From an uncultured Acetatifactor sp. (GTDB taxonomy: Bacteria; Bacillota; Clostridia; Lachnospirales; Lachnospiraceae), in assembly GCA_910578185.1 (NCBI GenBank), contig CAJTPN010000002.1, forward strand, positions 117,158-181,157: 64,000 bases of DNA. The letters are read 5' to 3'. A model generated the notes under the pieces. It did not search any database. It saw nothing but the letters and a program-made list of their open reading frames with translations, and was not told the origin of the DNA. Of this stretch, positions 48,165 through 59,138 are shown piece after piece (positions within the stretch are counted from its first letter, which is position 1; each line of letters opens with the position of its first letter). A program made the translations under genes and the position numbers.

Positions 48165-49793
48165 ATGTATCGTTACATGATGAAGAAACGGGGACTTTTT
48201 TGCTTGACGGTGGTATTGCTGGCAGTATCCGGCGTGACCGGAACTTTGTTTTCCATTGTCATGAGCCGTCTGGTAGACTGTGCCGGAAAAAGCGTTGAGG
48301 AACTGCTTGGGACGCTATTGGTAAGTGTCGGCTATGTAGTGGTTTATATTCTGTTGAATATAGCGTTTAATTGTTCTAAGGCGGCAGTTTTGACGAATGC
48401 CAGATATTATTTGAAAAAAGATGTCTTTGCAGGCATCATGAATCAGGAGGCTGGGAAGTTTGACATTAAAAACAGCGCCGAATATATCAACGAGCTTGGC
48501 AATAATATAAATATGCTTGAATCGTTGTATTTTAATAACATTTTAGGAGCCTTGCAATGCCTTGTTTCCTTTACTGCGGCGGCTGCAATCTGCATCGCTG
48601 TACAGCCGTTGATGCTGGTGTTGATGATGGTTCTGGCATTTATCACAATGTGGATTACAAAGATGACTGCGGAACCCTTGAAGAGAAGTACTGAAAACTT
48701 TGCGGACAGCACAGGAAAATATGTGGCGGAAATTCAGGATGATTTCGGCGGATTCCATCTGATTCGCACCTCGGGAATCCTGCCCTATATTATTCAAAAG
48801 CATGATGGGGTGAACAGGGAAGCGGAAACTGCGAAAAGAAGGAATTCAAATTGCAGGATCCTGTGTTCCTGTACGGGACAATTTGTTGGAGTGCTTTCAA
48901 CGGTGCTTGTCATGGCGCTGGCCGCAGGATTTGCTTTAAGGGGAATGATTTCTGTTGGGATGGTGATCGCATTCGGACATTTGATTGGTCAGATTGTCTC
49001 GCCCATCACACAGATTCCATCCGTCATAGCTAATTTTAACGCATCCAAGCCACTGATGGAGCGTTTCAGGGCGTTAATGTCAATAGAGGCGGAAGAAGGA
49101 ACGGAATCAATCCCTTCTCTTTTGGATGGTATTGAAATGGAAGACCTTTCCTTTCGGTATCAAAACGAAAGGGAGATATTGCACAGGCTTTCCTATCGCT
49201 TCCCGGCAAATGGGCGTTATGCGATTACAGGAAGCAGCGGCAGCGGGAAAAGTACTTTGCTCGCGCTGCTTCAGGGGTATGATTCCAATTATGAGGGAAA
49301 CATCTGCTTTGACGGCATAGAGCTCAGGAAACTGACGAGGCAATGTCTTGGAGAATTAATGGGAGTGGTGTCCCAGGATACCTTTCTGTTTAATGATACG
49401 CTCATAAATAATATTACATTGTACCGCGAAGGATATACGCCGGAGCAAATAGAAGACGCTGTGGAGCGGGCGGGATTAAGAGCACTTGTGGAAACGCTTC
49501 CCGATGGAATGCAGACGGTGGTGAGCGAAAACGGTAAGAACTTTTCGGGCGGTGAGAAGCAGCGAATTAGCCTTGCAAGGGTACTTCTGCGGAAAAACAG
49601 GATATTACTGCTGGATGAATTTACCGCGCATCTGGACCAGCAGACGGCCTGTGAGATAGAAAAGCGAGTGCTGGGATGCGGAGATTGTACATTGATTGCC
49701 GTCACTCACAGGCTTTCTCCGGAAACCTTTAAGCAATATGACCAGGTCCTTGTACTTTCTCATGGAGAACTTTCCCGTTTGGAAAATCCTTGA
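48165..49793 (+). CDS. ABC exporter, fused permease and ATPase
   Basis: About six hydrophobic helices; GSSGSGKST, FSGGEKQR, LLLDE, TH. Confidence 0.95.
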   Translation: MYRYMMKKRGLFCLTVVLLAVSGVTGTLFSIVMSRLVDCAGKSVEELLGTLLVSVGYVVVYILLNIAFNCSKAAVLTNARYYLKKDVFAGIMNQEAGKFDIKNSAEYINELGNNINMLESLYFNNILGALQCLVSFTAAAAICIAVQPLMLVLMMVLAFITMWITKMTAEPLKRSTENFADSTGKYVAEIQDDFGGFHLIRTSGILPYIIQKHDGVNREAETAKRRNSNCRILCSCTGQFVGVLSTVLVMALAAGFALRGMISVGMVIAFGHLIGQIVSPITQIPSVIANFNASKPLMERFRALMSIEAEEGTESIPSLLDGIEMEDLSFRYQNEREILHRLSYRFPANGRYAITGSSGSGKSTLLALLQGYDSNYEGNICFDGIELRKLTRQCLGELMGVVSQDTFLFNDTLINNITLYREGYTPEQIEDAVERAGLRALVETLPDGMQTVVSENGKNFSGGEKQRISLARVLLRKNRILLLDEFTAHLDQQTACEIEKRVLGCGDCTLIAVTHRLSPETFKQYDQVLVLSHGELSRLENP

Positions 49794-49801
49794 AATTTCT
49801 G

Positions 49802-49830
49802 TTGACAAACATAGAGCTTACAGGTATAAT
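49802..49830 (+). promoter_or_regulatory. Consensus sigmaA promoter of DUF177-rpmF
   Basis: TTGACA-17 bp-TATAAT. Confidence 0.9.
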
Positions 49831-49869
49831 GAAAAAGTATGTGGATGAAGGTGTTTCAAAGGAGCCATT

Positions 49870-50388
49870 ATGTTAGTGAACTTATCCGATGTTTTGACAT
49901 CCGAAGGCAGACAGATGACAAGAGAAGTTCCGCTTGAAATGACCCGTTTTGAAATTGGGCGGGAAAGTTTTGAGATCATCGAGAAGTCTCCTGTATCTTT
50001 TGTCTTTACTAATGTGAAGGAGGGCAAGGCAAAGATCAGCGGCAGGGTGGAGATTACATTTCAGACAAGTTGTGCCCGCTGTCTGACGGGGGTAAGAACG
50101 ACATTAAAGCTGGAATTTGAGCATTTTGTAGTTTCTCCGGGAATTGAGGATACAGATGTGGATGATTTAAGCTATATGGAGGGCTTCCAGTTAGATGTTG
50201 ATGCCTTTGTACACAATGAAATTTTGGTAAACTGGCCTGTTAAGATTCTATGCAGAGAGGACTGTAAGGGAATATGTCCTGTGTGCGGTCAGAATCTGAA
50301 TATGGGGGAGTGTGGATGCGATACCTTCGTACCCGACCCGCGTATGGCGGTCATACAAGATATTTTTAATGCGGATAAGGAGGTGTAA
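49870..50388 (+). CDS. yceD: DUF177 (YceD/YlbN) protein
   Basis: CARCL, LCREDCKGICPVCG.NLN, DPR; precedes rpmF. Confidence 0.92.
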   Translation: MLVNLSDVLTSEGRQMTREVPLEMTRFEIGRESFEIIEKSPVSFVFTNVKEGKAKISGRVEITFQTSCARCLTGVRTTLKLEFEHFVVSPGIEDTDVDDLSYMEGFQLDVDAFVHNEILVNWPVKILCREDCKGICPVCGQNLNMGECGCDTFVPDPRMAVIQDIFNADKEV

Positions 50389-50390
50389 CA

Positions 50391-50573
50391 ATGTCTATTT
50401 GTCCTAAGAATAAATCTTCTAAGAGCAGAAGGGATAAGAGGAGAGCAAACTGGAAGATGAGTGCTCCCACTCTGGTAAAGTGCAGCAAGTGCGGCGCCCT
50501 TATGGTGCCTCATAGAGTATGTAAAGCCTGCGGATCTTATAACAAGAAGCAGGTTGTCAGTGTTGACGCATGA
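50391..50573 (+). CDS. rpmF: 50S ribosomal protein L32 (zinc-binding form)
   Basis: PKNKSSKSRRDKRR, CSKC...PHRVCKACG. Confidence 0.97.
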   Translation: MSICPKNKSSKSRRDKRRANWKMSAPTLVKCSKCGALMVPHRVCKACGSYNKKQVVSVDA

Positions 50574-50589
50574 GATACACGGCAGATGG

Positions 50590-50616
50590 GGGCGTTCTTA
50601 AGAGCGCCCTTTTCTT
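50590..50616 (+). terminator. Terminator after rpmF
   Basis: GGGCGTTCT/AGAGCGCCC followed by TTTTCTT. Confidence 0.75.
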
Positions 50617-50705
50617 ATGCCATAACAAGTGGTGTTTTTGCGAAAAAATCCTTGATTTTTGCTTGGGGTTACATTATAGTAAAATGAGGAAGCGGGGAAC
50701 GGACA

Positions 50706-51716
50706 ATGTCGGATTTTGTGAATGTGGCTGTGGATGCAATGGGCGGGGACAATGCGCCTGTGGAAACCGTGAAGGGAGCGGTGGAGGCTATAACCGCAGA
50801 TAAGCGTGTAAAAGTATTCCTTGTGGGCAGGGAGCCCGTCATAAAAGAGGAATTGAAAAAATATAATTATGATTCTGCACAGTTGGAGATTGTTCATGCG
50901 GAGGAAGTCATTGAGACAGGAGAACCACCTGTGATGGCCATCCGCCAAAAAAAGGAGTCCTCCATCGTGAAGGGCATGCAAATGGTCAGGGACGGAGCGT
51001 GCGATGCGCTTGTATCTGCCGGAAGCACCGGAGCGGTTCTTGTGGGAGGACAGGTGATCGTCGGACGCGTCAAGGGTGTGGAAAGACCGCCTCTGGCGCC
51101 CATCATACCCAACATAAATGGCGTCAGCCTTCTGCTTGACTGTGGCGCCAATGTGGATGCAAAGCCCTCGCAGCTGTTGCAGTTTGCAAAAATGGGAAGC
51201 ATCTATATGGAGAAAGTTATCGGCATCTGTAATCCCAGGGTGGGTCTGGTGAATATTGGTGTGGAAGAGGAAAAAGGCAATGCCCTGACAAAGGAAACGT
51301 ACCCCTTGCTGCGGGATTGCAGGGATATTAATTTTATCGGCAATGTGGAGGCAAGGGATATTCCCTTGGGAACGGCTGACGTATTGGTCTGTGAGGCGTT
51401 TGCCGGAAATATTGTGTTGAAGATGTTGGAAGGCGTCAGCGATGCCTTGATTCACAAGATCAAGGCAGGGATGATGAGCAGCCTGAAGAGCAAAATCGGT
51501 GCGCTTCTGGTGAAACCGGCCTTAAAGAAAACGTTAAAAAGTTTCAGTACCGAAGAATACGGCGGTGCGCCTTTGCTGGGCCTGAACGGTCTGGTGGTAA
51601 AGACACATGGGAGCAGCAAGGCGGTGGAGATCAGGAATTCTATTCTGCAATGCATTGCATTTAAAGAACAGAAAATAAATGAAAAGATCAGGGAACAGAT
51701 GGTTCTCGACGATTGA
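50706..51716 (+). CDS. plsX: Phosphate acyltransferase
   Basis: [44 protein letters not shown]. Confidence 0.97.
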   Translation: MSDFVNVAVDAMGGDNAPVETVKGAVEAITADKRVKVFLVGREPVIKEELKKYNYDSAQLEIVHAEEVIETGEPPVMAIRQKKESSIVKGMQMVRDGACDALVSAGSTGAVLVGGQVIVGRVKGVERPPLAPIIPNINGVSLLLDCGANVDAKPSQLLQFAKMGSIYMEKVIGICNPRVGLVNIGVEEEKGNALTKETYPLLRDCRDINFIGNVEARDIPLGTADVLVCEAFAGNIVLKMLEGVSDALIHKIKAGMMSSLKSKIGALLVKPALKKTLKSFSTEEYGGAPLLGLNGLVVKTHGSSKAVEIRNSILQCIAFKEQKINEKIREQMVLDD

Positions 51717-51733
51717 GGAAAGGAGGAAGCAGC

Positions 51734-51964
51734 ATGGAATTTGAAAAGCTGAAAAAAGTAATTGCGGAAGTCCTGAATGTGGATCCGGATGAGATTACCA
51801 TGGAGTCCACTTTTTTAGATGACCTGGGCGCCGATTCGCTGGATGTATTCCAGATTATTATGGGTATCGAAGAAGTATTTGATATTGAGATTCCGGCTGA
51901 TAAGGCAGAAAAAATTTCTACCGTGGAGGAAGCCGTAGAATTGATCAAGGGCGCGTTAGGATAA
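51734..51964 (+). CDS. acpP: Acyl carrier protein
   Basis: [17 protein letters not shown]. Confidence 0.96.
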   Translation: MEFEKLKKVIAEVLNVDPDEITMESTFLDDLGADSLDVFQIIMGIEEVFDIEIPADKAEKISTVEEAVELIKGALG

Positions 51965-51982
51965 ATAAACGGTATTTCATAA

Positions 51983-52010
51983 GAGCAGTCCGCTATGTGG
52001 CTGCTCGTTT
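51983..52010 (+). terminator. Hairpin between acpP and rnc
   Basis: GAGCAGTC/GGCTGCTC followed by GTTT. Confidence 0.55.
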
Positions 52011-52037
52011 GCATTAAGCGGGTAAGGAGAAGAAAAA

Positions 52038-52754
52038 ATGACAGAGGAAGGTTATACTCTGGAAATGTTGGAAAAGCGCATCGGTTATCGATTTTCTAAT
52101 CCGGCATTATTACAGCAGGCAATGACCCATAGCTCTTTTACCAATGAACAGAGGATATGTAAACTGGAAAATTACGAGCGATTGGAATTCTTGGGGGATG
52201 CAGTGCTGGAGCTGGTATCCAGCGAATTTTTGTTTCGGGAGCATGCCGCCATGCCGGAAGGGGAGCTGACCAAAATGAGGGCCTCCATGGTATGTGAACC
52301 GTCTCTCGCCTTCTGCGCCAAAGATTTGGAGCTTGGAAAATTCATACTGTTGGGAAAGGGAGAGGAGAATACCGGCGGACGTAACCGTGACAGCATTACA
52401 AGCGATGTCATGGAGGCGGTGATCGGCGCGATTTACCTGGATGGGGGCATGGAGGCAGCCAAAGCATTCATTAATCGTTTTGTCCTGTCCGATTTGGAGG
52501 ACAAACAGCTTTTTTATGACAGCAAGAGCAATTTGCAGGAATTGATCCAGGGAAAACTGAAAAAGGAGTACAGCTATGAATTGCTTGAGGTGACAGGCCC
52601 GGAGCATGATAAGGTATTCCGAGTTTCCGTGCGGATGGAAGGAAAAATTCTGGGAGACGGCGAGGGAAAAACAAAAAAAGCGGCGGAACAGCAGGCTGCC
52701 TATCAGGCGCTGCTATTTCTGAGGGATAGAGGCTATGTATTTAAAAAGTATTGA
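52038..52754 (+). CDS. rnc: Ribonuclease III
   Basis: NYERLEFLGDAVL, EAVIGAIYLDGG, KKAAEQQAA. Confidence 0.98.
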   Translation: MTEEGYTLEMLEKRIGYRFSNPALLQQAMTHSSFTNEQRICKLENYERLEFLGDAVLELVSSEFLFREHAAMPEGELTKMRASMVCEPSLAFCAKDLELGKFILLGKGEENTGGRNRDSITSDVMEAVIGAIYLDGGMEAAKAFINRFVLSDLEDKQLFYDSKSNLQELIQGKLKKEYSYELLEVTGPEHDKVFRVSVRMEGKILGDGEGKTKKAAEQQAAYQALLFLRDRGYVFKKY

Positions 52755-55700
52755 GGTGCAGGGATTTAAGTCCTTTGCCAACAAAATAAATTTTCAGTTC
52801 CATAACGGCATTACGGGAATTGTGGGACCTAATGGGAGCGGCAAAAGTAATGTGGCGGACGCCGTCCGCTGGGTTTTGGGAGAACAGCGCGTCAAGCAGC
52901 TGCGCGGTGCAAGCATGCAGGATGTCATTTTCTCGGGCACGGAGAATAGAAAGCCTTTGAGCTATGCTTATGTGGCCATCACTTTGGACAATGCCGATCG
53001 TCAGTTGGCGATTGACTTCCCCGAAGTGACGGTGGCAAGGCGTATTTACCGTTCCGGAGAAAGCGAATATCTGATGAATGGGAGTCCCTGCAGATTAAAG
53101 GACGTAAATGAATTATTTTATGATACCGGTATTGGCAAGGAAGGATATTCCATTATCGGACAGGGTCAGATTGATAAAATATTGAGCGGAAAACCCGAGG
53201 AGCGCAGGGAACTTTTTGATGAGGCTGCCGGAATCGTTAAATTTAAGAGAAGGAAGGCCGCGGCCCAGACCAAACTGGAAAATGAAAAACAGAATCTGGT
53301 TCGAGTCAATGACATATTGTCCGAACTGGAAAAGCAGATGGGCCCTTTGGAGCGTCAGTCTGAGACGGCTAAGAACTATCTGCGCAAGCGGGAATCGTTG
53401 AAAACATTGGACGTGAATGTATTCCTGCTGGAAAACACACGTATCAGGGAGCAGCTGCAGACGGTTGAAAGACAATATGATATTTCCAACGGCGAATTAT
53501 CGGAGGCAAGAACCGATTACGAACAGATAAAGGACGAGTACGATCGTATTCAGGGAGAGCTTGAAGCGCTGGAGGAGGCCATTGATCAGGCCAGAAGTAC
53601 CGTCACTGACGCAGGGTTGATGAGGGGAAAGCTTGAGGGTGAAAGAAATGTCTTAAAAGAACAGATCAATTCCGCCAAGGGCAGCGAGACGCATTTGAAC
53701 AGCCGGAAAAGTGCATTGGAAGAGGAAATTGCCAGAAGGGAACAGGATAAGGAGAATATTGTAAGCGAGAAGACCCAGGCGGATACTCAGGTACAGGAAA
53801 TTCTCGGCGCGGCAGAGGCTGCGAGATCCCGGCTGGAGAAGATTCAAAACAAAATTGCTTTGCTGAATGGCGAGATCGAAACAGGGAAAAATACCATCAT
53901 TGGCGAATTGAACCAGAGAGCAACCATAAAGTCTAAGATGGGACGCTTTGATACCATGATGGAGCAGATTAATATCAGAAGAGCAGAGTTGAATTCCAGA
54001 TTGTTACGCGCCAAATCTGATGAGGCTGCAAGAGAAGAAACCATCAAAAAACTGGAAAATGTCTTTGAGACTGTCACGGAGGAGATTCGTGTTCTGAATG
54101 AACGACAGGCATCTGCAGAGAAAGCCCTGGGAGAGATCAGAGAAGAACTTACTCAAAAAGATGCCCGGCTGCGGGAAAATCAGAGCGCTTTCCACATGGA
54201 GAAGTCCAAGTTAGAAGCGCTGTCTAATTTGACCGAACGCTATGAGGGGTACGGCGGCAGCGTTAAAAAGGTGATGGAGCAGAAGGAGAAGACAAAGGGC
54301 ATCATCGGCGTTGTGGCGGATATTATTAAGGTGGGGAAAGATTACGAGGTTGCCATAGAGACTGCTCTGGGGGGGAATATTCAGAATATAGTTACCGATA
54401 ATGAAGAAACGGCCAAGAAAATGATCGCATATCTGAAAGCCGGGAAGCTGGGAAGGGCAACTTTTCTTCCGTTGACAAGCCTGAAGGAGCCTCAAAAGTT
54501 CAAGAATCCGGAAGTTCTCTCCGAGCCGGGGGTTATCGGCATGGCGGACGAATTGGTACAGATTGAGGATGCGTACAAAGATGTGGCAAGATCTTTGTTG
54601 GGGCGGATTGTGGTGGTGGATCATGTGGATCATGCCGTTTGTATCGCCAGAAAATATAAATATGGTGTCCGCATTGTGACCCTGGAAGGGGAGCAGCTGG
54701 TTCCGGGCGGTGCCATCAGCGGAGGTGCTTTTAAGAACAGCAGCAATCTTCTGGGCAGGAGGCGTGAACTGGACGAGCTGGAGGTCAATGTCCGGAAACT
54801 GCAGGAAGCAATTTCTAAAATCAATAAAGAGATTGAAGATACAAAGGCAAGAAGAAACAGACTGCGTGTGGACGTAGAGGCGCTGAAGAATGATATCCAG
54901 AGAAAATCCATAGAACAGAATGCGGCAAGACTGAATATCAGTCAGACCAGAGAACGGATGGAAGAGGAAGTGGAGGGAGCGGCTTCTCTGCGGCTGGAAG
55001 AAAAAGAGATAGAAGACAAGATACTGGAAATCAGGAAAGAAAAGGAAATCATTGTAGAGGAGCTTTCCGCCAGCGAGGAATTGGAACGACATACACAGGA
55101 ACAAATCGCCCTGTTTCAGGAAGAATTGACAAAGCAGCGGCTGGAAGAGACAAGCGCTGCCGCGCACGTGTCCGAATGGGATGTTAAAGTTGAAAAGATA
55201 CGTCAGGCCCAGGACTTTAAGCAGGCAAATATAGAGCGTATCGATGGGGAAATCGCCCGTGCGCAGGCGGAACTGTCAGAAGTTTTGCAGGCATTGACGG
55301 ATACCCGCCGGGAAGCGGAACGCAAAGAAGAAAGCATTATAGAAATAGAAAAGACAATCGCAGCATCCTTTGACGCCCAGAATGCATCACAAGAAAAGCT
55401 GAAAAAAGACATGGAACGGAAGGAGGTGTTATCGGCAAGCCAAAAGAACTTTTTCAAAAGACGGGAGGAACTGTCCGATAAACTGTCGGCGTTGGATAAA
55501 GAAGTTTACCGCCTGAACGCGCAGAAGGAGAAATTGGAAGAATCCATGGAGGCACAGATCAATTATATGTGGGATGAATATGAAATCACATTGAGCGCTG
55601 CTGCTTCCGCACGGGATGAAAGTATGACGGATCTCTCCGCAATGAAGAAAGAAATTGCTTCGTTAAAGGAGCAGATCAAGAAGCTTGGAGACGTCAATGT

Positions 55701-56295
55701 AAACGCCATCGAAGATTATAAGAATTTAATGGAGCGCTTTACCTTTATGAAAACCCAACACGACGACCTTGTGGAGGCCCAAAAAGCGCTGGAGGGAATC
55801 ATTCAGGAATTGGACAGCGCCATGAGGAAGCAGTTTGCAGAGAAATTTGAGGAGATTGGGCGGGAATTTGACAAGGTATTTAAGGAACTGTTTGGGGGCG
55901 GCAAGGGAACGCTGGAGCTGATAGAAGAAGAGGATATTCTGGAGGCAGGTATTCGCATTATCGCACAGCCCCCCGGCAAGAAGCTGCAGAATATGATGCA
56001 GCTGTCCGGCGGCGAAAAGGCGCTGACGGCGATTTCTCTGTTGTTTGCCATACAGAACCTGAAGCCATCCCCGTTCTGTCTGCTGGATGAGATCGAGGCG
56101 GCTTTGGATGACTCCAATGTGGGCAGATTTGCAAAATATCTACATAAGCTGACAAAGAATACCCAGTTTATTGTCATCACACACCGAAGAGGAACCATGG
56201 AACAGGTAGACAGGCTCTATGGTATTACCATGCAGGAAAAGGGCGTTTCCACACTGGTGAGCGTCAACTTAATTGACAAGGAGCTTGATGATTAG
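52735..56295 (+). CDS. smc: Chromosome segregation protein SMC
   Basis: [14 protein letters not shown], hinge [24 protein letters not shown]. Confidence 0.98.
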   Translation: MYLKSIEVQGFKSFANKINFQFHNGITGIVGPNGSGKSNVADAVRWVLGEQRVKQLRGASMQDVIFSGTENRKPLSYAYVAITLDNADRQLAIDFPEVTVARRIYRSGESEYLMNGSPCRLKDVNELFYDTGIGKEGYSIIGQGQIDKILSGKPEERRELFDEAAGIVKFKRRKAAAQTKLENEKQNLVRVNDILSELEKQMGPLERQSETAKNYLRKRESLKTLDVNVFLLENTRIREQLQTVERQYDISNGELSEARTDYEQIKDEYDRIQGELEALEEAIDQARSTVTDAGLMRGKLEGERNVLKEQINSAKGSETHLNSRKSALEEEIARREQDKENIVSEKTQADTQVQEILGAAEAARSRLEKIQNKIALLNGEIETGKNTIIGELNQRATIKSKMGRFDTMMEQINIRRAELNSRLLRAKSDEAAREETIKKLENVFETVTEEIRVLNERQASAEKALGEIREELTQKDARLRENQSAFHMEKSKLEALSNLTERYEGYGGSVKKVMEQKEKTKGIIGVVADIIKVGKDYEVAIETALGGNIQNIVTDNEETAKKMIAYLKAGKLGRATFLPLTSLKEPQKFKNPEVLSEPGVIGMADELVQIEDAYKDVARSLLGRIVVVDHVDHAVCIARKYKYGVRIVTLEGEQLVPGGAISGGAFKNSSNLLGRRRELDELEVNVRKLQEAISKINKEIEDTKARRNRLRVDVEALKNDIQRKSIEQNAARLNISQTRERMEEEVEGAASLRLEEKEIEDKILEIRKEKEIIVEELSASEELERHTQEQIALFQEELTKQRLEETSAAAHVSEWDVKVEKIRQAQDFKQANIERIDGEIARAQAELSEVLQALTDTRREAERKEESIIEIEKTIAASFDAQNASQEKLKKDMERKEVLSASQKNFFKRREELSDKLSALDKEVYRLNAQKEKLEESMEAQINYMWDEYEITLSAAASARDESMTDLSAMKKEIASLKEQIKKLGDVNVNAIEDYKNLMERFTFMKTQHDDLVEAQKALEGIIQELDSAMRKQFAEKFEEIGREFDKVFKELFGGGKGTLELIEEEDILEAGIRIIAQPPGKKLQNMMQLSGGEKALTAISLLFAIQNLKPSPFCLLDEIEAALDDSNVGRFAKYLHKLTKNTQFIVITHRRGTMEQVDRLYGITMQEKGVSTLVSVNLIDKELDD

Positions 56296-56332
56296 AGTCG
56301 GTTCGGTTACGAAACCGGGATGGGGAGTGATT

Positions 56333-57733
56333 ATGTTATTTGGTAAAAAGAGAATCAAAAAGAAGAAATTATCTGCGGAAGAGGAATTCTTTACAGAAGG
56401 CAGGGATTCCGATGAAAAGGCGGAGGCTTCCACGGAAAGTCCATTCGGCAAAACGGTATCTCCCAATGCCTCCAACATGGGTGAAAAAGAGTGTAACTCA
56501 GAGGACACTGGGGCTGCTTTGAGCAGGGACAAATCGTTTGACAGAGGAGCCACAGAGGAATCATATACAAAAGAGGATTGGGTGGGAAAAAGAGAATGCA
56601 ATCTGCCGGATTCCGCAGAAAAACAGGAAATTGAGCCAAAACCTCAAGGGGATGGGGCTTCTTCGGAGGGAAGCGTTTCAGAAGGAGATACTCCAGTGGC
56701 AGAAAGCGGCTCCGGGGTTGCAGATGCCGATATGCACGGGGAGGACGCCGAGGAAGAAAACACGCTGCAAAACGATTCTTTCCAGGAGAAAAAGTATAAA
56801 GAAAAAAAAGGCTTTTTTGCCAGATTGAAAGAGGGACTGGCAAAGACGAGAAATAATATTGTCAGGGGAATCGATTCCCTGTTTAACGGTTTCTCTGCCA
56901 TTGATGATGACTTTTATGAAGAGCTGGAAGAGATTCTCATCATGGGCGATATCGGTGTCAATGCCACCACAGAGATTGTCGCAAGGCTCAAAGCGCAGAT
57001 AAAAGAACAGAGAATTAAAGAACCCAGAGAATGCAAACAGTTGTTGATTGAAGGGATAAAGGAACAGATGCGTGTAGACGCCACGGCGTACGACTTTGAA
57101 AAGCGTCAGTCCGTGATCATGGTGATCGGCGTCAACGGTGTGGGAAAAACCACATCAGTGGGCAAACTGGCGGGCAAACTAAAGGATCAGGGCCGAAGGG
57201 TGCTGATCGCGGCAGCCGATACTTTCCGGGCAGCTGCGGGAGATCAGCTTGCAGAATGGGCGAGACGTGCGGACGTTCCCATGGTGGGCGGCAATGAGGG
57301 CGCAGACCCTGCCAGCGTAGTCTTTGACGCAGTCAACGCGGCTAAGGCAAGAGGAGTGGATGTACTGCTGATTGACACCGCCGGACGACTGCATAACAAG
57401 AAGAATCTGATGGAAGAGCTTCGAAAGATGAATCGGATTATCGACAGAGAATTCCCGGATGCACATCGTGAGAATCTGATTGTGCTGGATGGCACCACAG
57501 GTCAGAATGCCCTGGTGCAGGCGAGAGAGTTTGGCACTGTAGCAGATCTGACAGGTATTATACTGACAAAGATGGACGGTACGGCCAAGGGGGGAATTGC
57601 GGTTGCGATTCAGTCGGAGCTGCATGTTCCGGTAAAATATATCGGTGTCGGAGAAACCATTGAGGATCTGCAGAAATTTGACTCGGATGAGTTTGTGAAC
57701 GCCTTGTTTGATGTAAAGACGGATGAGGACTGA
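56333..57733 (+). CDS. ftsY: SRP receptor FtsY with a long acidic N-terminal extension
   Basis: GVNGVGKTT, DTFRAAA, DTAGR, TKMDGTAKGG; GGGGAG RBS before ATG 56333. Confidence 0.95.
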   Translation: MLFGKKRIKKKKLSAEEEFFTEGRDSDEKAEASTESPFGKTVSPNASNMGEKECNSEDTGAALSRDKSFDRGATEESYTKEDWVGKRECNLPDSAEKQEIEPKPQGDGASSEGSVSEGDTPVAESGSGVADADMHGEDAEEENTLQNDSFQEKKYKEKKGFFARLKEGLAKTRNNIVRGIDSLFNGFSAIDDDFYEELEEILIMGDIGVNATTEIVARLKAQIKEQRIKEPRECKQLLIEGIKEQMRVDATAYDFEKRQSVIMVIGVNGVGKTTSVGKLAGKLKDQGRRVLIAAADTFRAAAGDQLAEWARRADVPMVGGNEGADPASVVFDAVNAAKARGVDVLLIDTAGRLHNKKNLMEELRKMNRIIDREFPDAHRENLIVLDGTTGQNALVQAREFGTVADLTGIILTKMDGTAKGGIAVAIQSELHVPVKYIGVGETIEDLQKFDSDEFVNALFDVKTDED

Positions 57734-57810
57734 AGACCGTATATGCAATGCAGCTAATGTCCTATAGACTAAGATTAGGGAGGATGAGTATTGTACAAAT
57801 GGAAGAAGAA

Positions 57811-59022
57811 ATGCTGACATTAAAAAAATTTGAGGAAGCGTCCGAAGTGGTAAAGCGGGTAACGCTGGAGACCAAACTGATATTCAGCGATTATCTGAGC
57901 GGTCAGACCGGAAATAAAGTATATTTAAAACCGGAAAATATGCAGTTTACAGGTGCATATAAGCTTCGGGGCGCTTATTATAAGATCAGCACGCTTTCGG
58001 AGGAAGAGCGGGGAAAGGGACTGATCACTGCTTCTGCAGGCAATCATGCACAGGGAGTGGCATACGCGGCAAAATGTTACGGCGCGAAAGCTATCATTGT
58101 GATGCCGACTACTACGCCGTTGATCAAGGTAAACCGCACTAAGAGCTATGGAGCCGAAGTCATGCTGTACGGCAATGTATATGACGAAGCATGTACAAAA
58201 GCCTATGAGCTGGCTGAAGAACACGGTTATACTTTTATTCATCCCTTTGATGATCTGGCGGTTGCAACCGGACAGGGTACCATTGCAATGGAGATTGTAA
58301 AAGAACTGCCCCTGGTGGATTATATTCTGGTTCCCATAGGAGGCGGAGGCCTTGCCACTGGGGTTTCCGTTTTGGCGAAATTGTTAAATCCAAAGATTCA
58401 AGTGATCGGCGTGGAACCTGCAGGCGCAAATTGTATGCAGGCTTCCCTTGCAGAGGGCAAGGTGGTTACGCTGCCAGGCGTCAGCACCATTGCAGACGGT
58501 ACGGCGGTCAAGACGCCCGGCAACCGGCTCTTTCCCTATATCCGTGAAAATCTGGACCATATTATCACGGTGGAGGATGAAGAGTTGGTAGTAGCATTCC
58601 TGGATATGGTGGAAAATCACAAGATGGTGGTGGAAAATTCAGGACTTTTGACGGTGGCGGCACTAAAGCATTTGAATATAAAGGACAAGAAGGTGGTTTC
58701 CATCTTAAGCGGAGGAAACATGGATGTGATTACCATGTCGTCCGTTGTGCAGCAGGGCCTGATTATGAGGGACAGAATTTTTACCGTTTCCGTGCTTTTG
58801 CCCGATAAGCCAGGAGAATTGTGCAGAGTATCCGGTATCATTGCAAATGCCAGCGGCAATGTAATCAAGCTGGAGCACAATCAATTTGTTTCCATCAATA
58901 GGAATGCGGCTGTGGAGCTGCGAATCACTATGGAGGCATTTGGCACCGAACATAAAAAACAGATTATGGAATCGCTTGAAACAGAAGGATATCGCCCCAA
59001 ATTGGTTCGCACTAACATTTAA
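57811..59022 (+). CDS. ilvA: Threonine ammonia-lyase, short form with C-terminal ACT domain
   Basis: KPENMQFTGAYKLRGA, SAGNHAQG, PIGGGGL, SGGN, LPDKPG; start uncertain (57799 or 57811). Confidence 0.92.
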   Translation: MLTLKKFEEASEVVKRVTLETKLIFSDYLSGQTGNKVYLKPENMQFTGAYKLRGAYYKISTLSEEERGKGLITASAGNHAQGVAYAAKCYGAKAIIVMPTTTPLIKVNRTKSYGAEVMLYGNVYDEACTKAYELAEEHGYTFIHPFDDLAVATGQGTIAMEIVKELPLVDYILVPIGGGGLATGVSVLAKLLNPKIQVIGVEPAGANCMQASLAEGKVVTLPGVSTIADGTAVKTPGNRLFPYIRENLDHIITVEDEELVVAFLDMVENHKMVVENSGLLTVAALKHLNIKDKKVVSILSGGNMDVITMSSVVQQGLIMRDRIFTVSVLLPDKPGELCRVSGIIANASGNVIKLEHNQFVSINRNAAVELRITMEAFGTEHKKQIMESLETEGYRPKLVRTNI

Positions 59023-59049
59023 CTTTTTTTGGAAAGTGTCTTCTGGGCC

Positions 59050-59098
59050 AAAACCGCATATGATATGATGGATGAAATCGTATCATATGCGGTTTTTT
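59050..59098 (+). terminator. Terminator with a 20-bp stem after ilvA
   Basis: AAAACCGCATATGATATGAT/ATCGTATCATATGCGGTTTT, then TT. Confidence 0.85.
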
Positions 59099-59138
59099 AT
59101 CTGTTACCAAATGCGTTTTGAAAGTGTGGGAATGATTT

